Source: an uncultured Eubacteriales bacterium (lineage in GTDB: Bacteria > Bacillota > Clostridia > Oscillospirales > Oscillospiraceae). From it: a stretch of DNA of 54,817 nt. The notes under the pieces were generated by a model. The model was not told where the DNA came from. It was given only the letters and a program-made list of their open reading frames with translations, and made no database searches. This document shows, one piece after another, positions 52,616 through 54,817 of the stretch. Made by a program: the position numbers and the translations under genes. The stretch covers positions 1 to 54,817 of the forward strand of contig CABRZO010000001.1 of NCBI GenBank assembly GCA_902475455.1, given 5' to 3'. The first letter of the stretch is position 1. The number at the start of each line of letters is the position of its first letter.

Positions 52616-53857
52616 ATGAAACAAAAAGCTGCAAATTATCATCTCTGTAAAATTGCCATCGCCATTACCGTATTCCTGTTGTTTTTCCTGCAAACCTTCC
52701 TGCTGGTGGACGGCACCAACATTTTCATGGCCCACTTCACCGACTGGGCGGCCACCCAGGTCAGCCTGCCCATCACGCTGGGCGGCTACATCTCCATTGT
52801 CACCACCTTCCTGATCGGCAGCTGGCTCATCCGGCACAGGGGCCGGGGAATGCTGTTGGCTCTGATCCTGCTGACCGGCCTGGCCACCATCGGGCTGGCC
52901 TTCTCTGAGGCAAGCTATCCCCTGTATTTTGTCTGTCTGGTAGTCATCAACATCACCGCGGCGGCCATGCTGATTCTGGGCACCGCCATCATCACCAACT
53001 GGTTTGTCTCCTCCCGAGGCCGGATGCTGGGCTTTGTCACCATTGGCGCCCCCTTCTCCACCGCCGTCTGCGTCCCTGTGATCCAGCGGCTGCTGACCCG
53101 GGGCATTTCCTTCCAGCTGATCTTTGTGGTCTTTGGCGTGGCCATTCTGGTCTTTGGCGTTTTGGCATTTCTCTTCGTGCCCTACCTGCCCGAGGATGTG
53201 GGCCTTCACGCCGACAACTCCTCCGAGCCTCCCGAGGAAGTGAGCGACACCGGCGCCACCGCCAAATGGAGCCTCAAGCAGCTGCTGGGCTGCAAGGAGG
53301 CCTGGTGCATCATGCTGGGCTTCGGCCTCATGATGCTGGTCTCCAACTGCGTCATGCCCCTACTGTTCCCCCACTTCATTCAGATCGGCGTTGACCAGAA
53401 CACCGTTTTGAATCTGATGACCATTTCCGCCGTGGTAGGCATTCCCCTGAGCTACTTCTGGGGCTGGCTGGATGACAAAATCGGCACGAAAAAATCCTGC
53501 TATACCCTGGCTGTCGGCTTTCTGCTGATGTCTGTTGCCATGGTCATGGCCAGAAACGGCAACATCGTCATTGTGGCCATGGCGGTCATCGGCATCGCGG
53601 CGGTCATCGGCGGCGCTCCCAACCTGAACCCCTCCATGATTGTCAACGTCTTTGGCGCCACCGAGTACCTGAACGTAAACCGCTACGTCAACATTGGCCA
53701 AAATATTCTGCGGCTGTTTGCCCTGGTCATGATGAGCGCCATCCGGGATCTGACCGGCTCCTATGTACCCGGGTATGTGGTTTGCGTGATTCTGTCCCTG
53801 GCCTCCTTGGGCTGTTTTATCGCCATCAGAACCCGGTATTCCGAGGCCAAGAACTGA
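52616..53857 (+). CDS. MFS transporter
   Basis: 12-TM protein of 413 aa, 24 nt after the esterase gene. Confidence 0.85.
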   Translation: MKQKAANYHLCKIAIAITVFLLFFLQTFLLVDGTNIFMAHFTDWAATQVSLPITLGGYISIVTTFLIGSWLIRHRGRGMLLALILLTGLATIGLAFSEASYPLYFVCLVVINITAAAMLILGTAIITNWFVSSRGRMLGFVTIGAPFSTAVCVPVIQRLLTRGISFQLIFVVFGVAILVFGVLAFLFVPYLPEDVGLHADNSSEPPEEVSDTGATAKWSLKQLLGCKEAWCIMLGFGLMMLVSNCVMPLLFPHFIQIGVDQNTVLNLMTISAVVGIPLSYFWGWLDDKIGTKKSCYTLAVGFLLMSVAMVMARNGNIVIVAMAVIGIAAVIGGAPNLNPSMIVNVFGATEYLNVNRYVNIGQNILRLFALVMMSAIRDLTGSYVPGYVVCVILSLASLGCFIAIRTRYSEAKN

Positions 53858-53903
53858 CAGCTCGTTGTCTGAGCAAAAAACTATCTGATAAGGATGCGTT
53901 CTC

Positions 53904-54599
53904 ATGCCCATTGGTGTCATTATTGATGCCGCAGCCGTCCTGTTGGGCGGTCTCTGCGGAGCCCTCATCAAAGGGAAAATCAGTCAACAATTTACCAGCC
54001 AGTTGAATCTGGTCTTTGGCGCCTGCTCTATGGCAATGGGCATCAGCAGCATCTTTCTCATGAAGCACATGCCGGCCGTGGTGTTCTCCCTGATCCTGGG
54101 CAGTACCGCAGGGCTGCTGCTGGGTTTAGGCCGCCGTATCAACAGCGCCGCCCAACGCTTTGTTCAGTCTGAGGACTCGGAGCACTCCCAGCTGTTGGTG
54201 ACAGCCATCGTATTGTTCTGCGCCAGCGGGACAGGGATCTACGGCTCCATTGCGGCAGGATTCACAGGGGATCACAGCATTCTGATTGCCAAAGCAATTC
54301 TGGACTTTTTCACGGCTGCTATTTTTGCCTGTAGCCTGGGGGCCATTGTCTCCGTCATTGCCCTGCCTCAATTCTGTATTTTCCTGGCACTATTCTTGCT
54401 GGCCGGGGTGATTTACCCTTTGACTACTGCCGACATGATCGACGATTTCAAGGCCTGTGGCGGTGTCATCATGCTGGCTACCGGATTCCGAATGGCAAAC
54501 ATCCGCAATTTTCCCGTAGCGGATATGACACCAGCTATGGTTCTGATTCTGCCCATCAGTTTTCTATGGGCCACCACAATTACTCCCTTGATTACCTGA
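53904..54599 (+). CDS. DUF554 family membrane protein
   Basis: MPIGVIIDAAAVLLGGLCG N-terminus. 231-aa polytopic protein typical of the YdfK/YqgA-like DUF554 family. Confidence 0.78.
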   Translation: MPIGVIIDAAAVLLGGLCGALIKGKISQQFTSQLNLVFGACSMAMGISSIFLMKHMPAVVFSLILGSTAGLLLGLGRRINSAAQRFVQSEDSEHSQLLVTAIVLFCASGTGIYGSIAAGFTGDHSILIAKAILDFFTAAIFACSLGAIVSVIALPQFCIFLALFLLAGVIYPLTTADMIDDFKACGGVIMLATGFRMANIRNFPVADMTPAMVLILPISFLWATTITPLIT

Positions 54600-54649
54600 C
54601 AACGACGCAATATTTGTTAGCACGCCCCCCTTCCTCCCATACACAGCTC

Positions 54650-54684
54650 AAAACCGGCAGGATCTCAGATCCTGCCGGTTTTGA
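54650..54684. terminator. bidirectional terminator
   Basis: aaaccggcaggatc-tca-gatcctgccggtttt. Confidence 0.8.
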
Positions 54685-54706
54685 ACTGTATCCCATTATT
54701 TCAGAC

Positions 54707-54817
54707 TCACTTGGTCTCGTCCGTTTCCCCCGCTTTGGGGTCGATCTGCCGGGCTAGCAGATTGATGGCCCTGCTCACCGTCTGTTTCTCGTCTCCCATC
54801 AACTTCTGCTCAACGGC
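54707..54817 (-). CDS. 3' end of a CDS truncated by the window edge (...AVEQKLMGDEKQTVSRAINLLARQIDPKAGETDETK*)
   Basis: The minus-strand frame is open from the window end to a TGA at 54707-54709, followed by the bidirectional terminator. Product unknown. Confidence 0.4.
   Translation of the reverse strand, partial: AVEQKLMGDEKQTVSRAINLLARQIDPKAGETDETK

Overview
This is a GC-rich chromosomal segment with strong third-position GC bias and GGAGG-type ribosome binding sites. It looks like a Clostridia gut anaerobe, possibly Oscillospiraceae-like; that is inferred from gene content, the SRP-RNA-dnaX arrangement and clostridial-type Rex boxes, not from a search.

Bases 1-21.9 kb are mostly housekeeping and stress genes: gluQ, a TPM-TelA-XpaC module, ilvA, rpe, recR, chrA, a DUF2975+HTH pair and an ABC exporter. 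They continue with ybaB-dnaX preceded by SRP RNA, tRNA-Ala(CGC), two paralogous metallophosphoesterases flanking marR-MATE, and a Rex-box-controlled adhE followed by an APH-fold kinase.

Bases 21.9-54.8 kb are accessory and catabolic:
- A divergent vWA/MIDAS protein plus a small 10-Cys protein.
- A Zn alcohol dehydrogenase.
- A roughly 15.3 kb, 14-gene minus-strand operon (25278-40626). It couples an Opp/Dpp-type ABC importer to a flavodoxin-like protein, three tandem ~260-aa NTF2/SnoaL-like paralogues, two Fe-S enoate-reductase-type flavoenzymes, a ketopantoate-reductase-like enzyme, an SDR and a small protein.
- Divergent from that operon, a membrane-anchored AraC regulator translationally coupled to an exported stand-alone 5'-nucleotidase C-domain protein.
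- A third enoate-reductase paralogue, a YcxB-like protein, a TRAP operon with an embedded esterase, LysR, a second esterase, an MFS transporter and DUF554.

The 14-gene operon is my best candidate for an undescribed reductive small-molecule pathway, with bai- or equol-like logic but a different gene composition.

I saw no rRNA, CRISPR, transposase, integrase or phage genes. Many long ORFs in the supplied track are antisense shadow ORFs of real genes.
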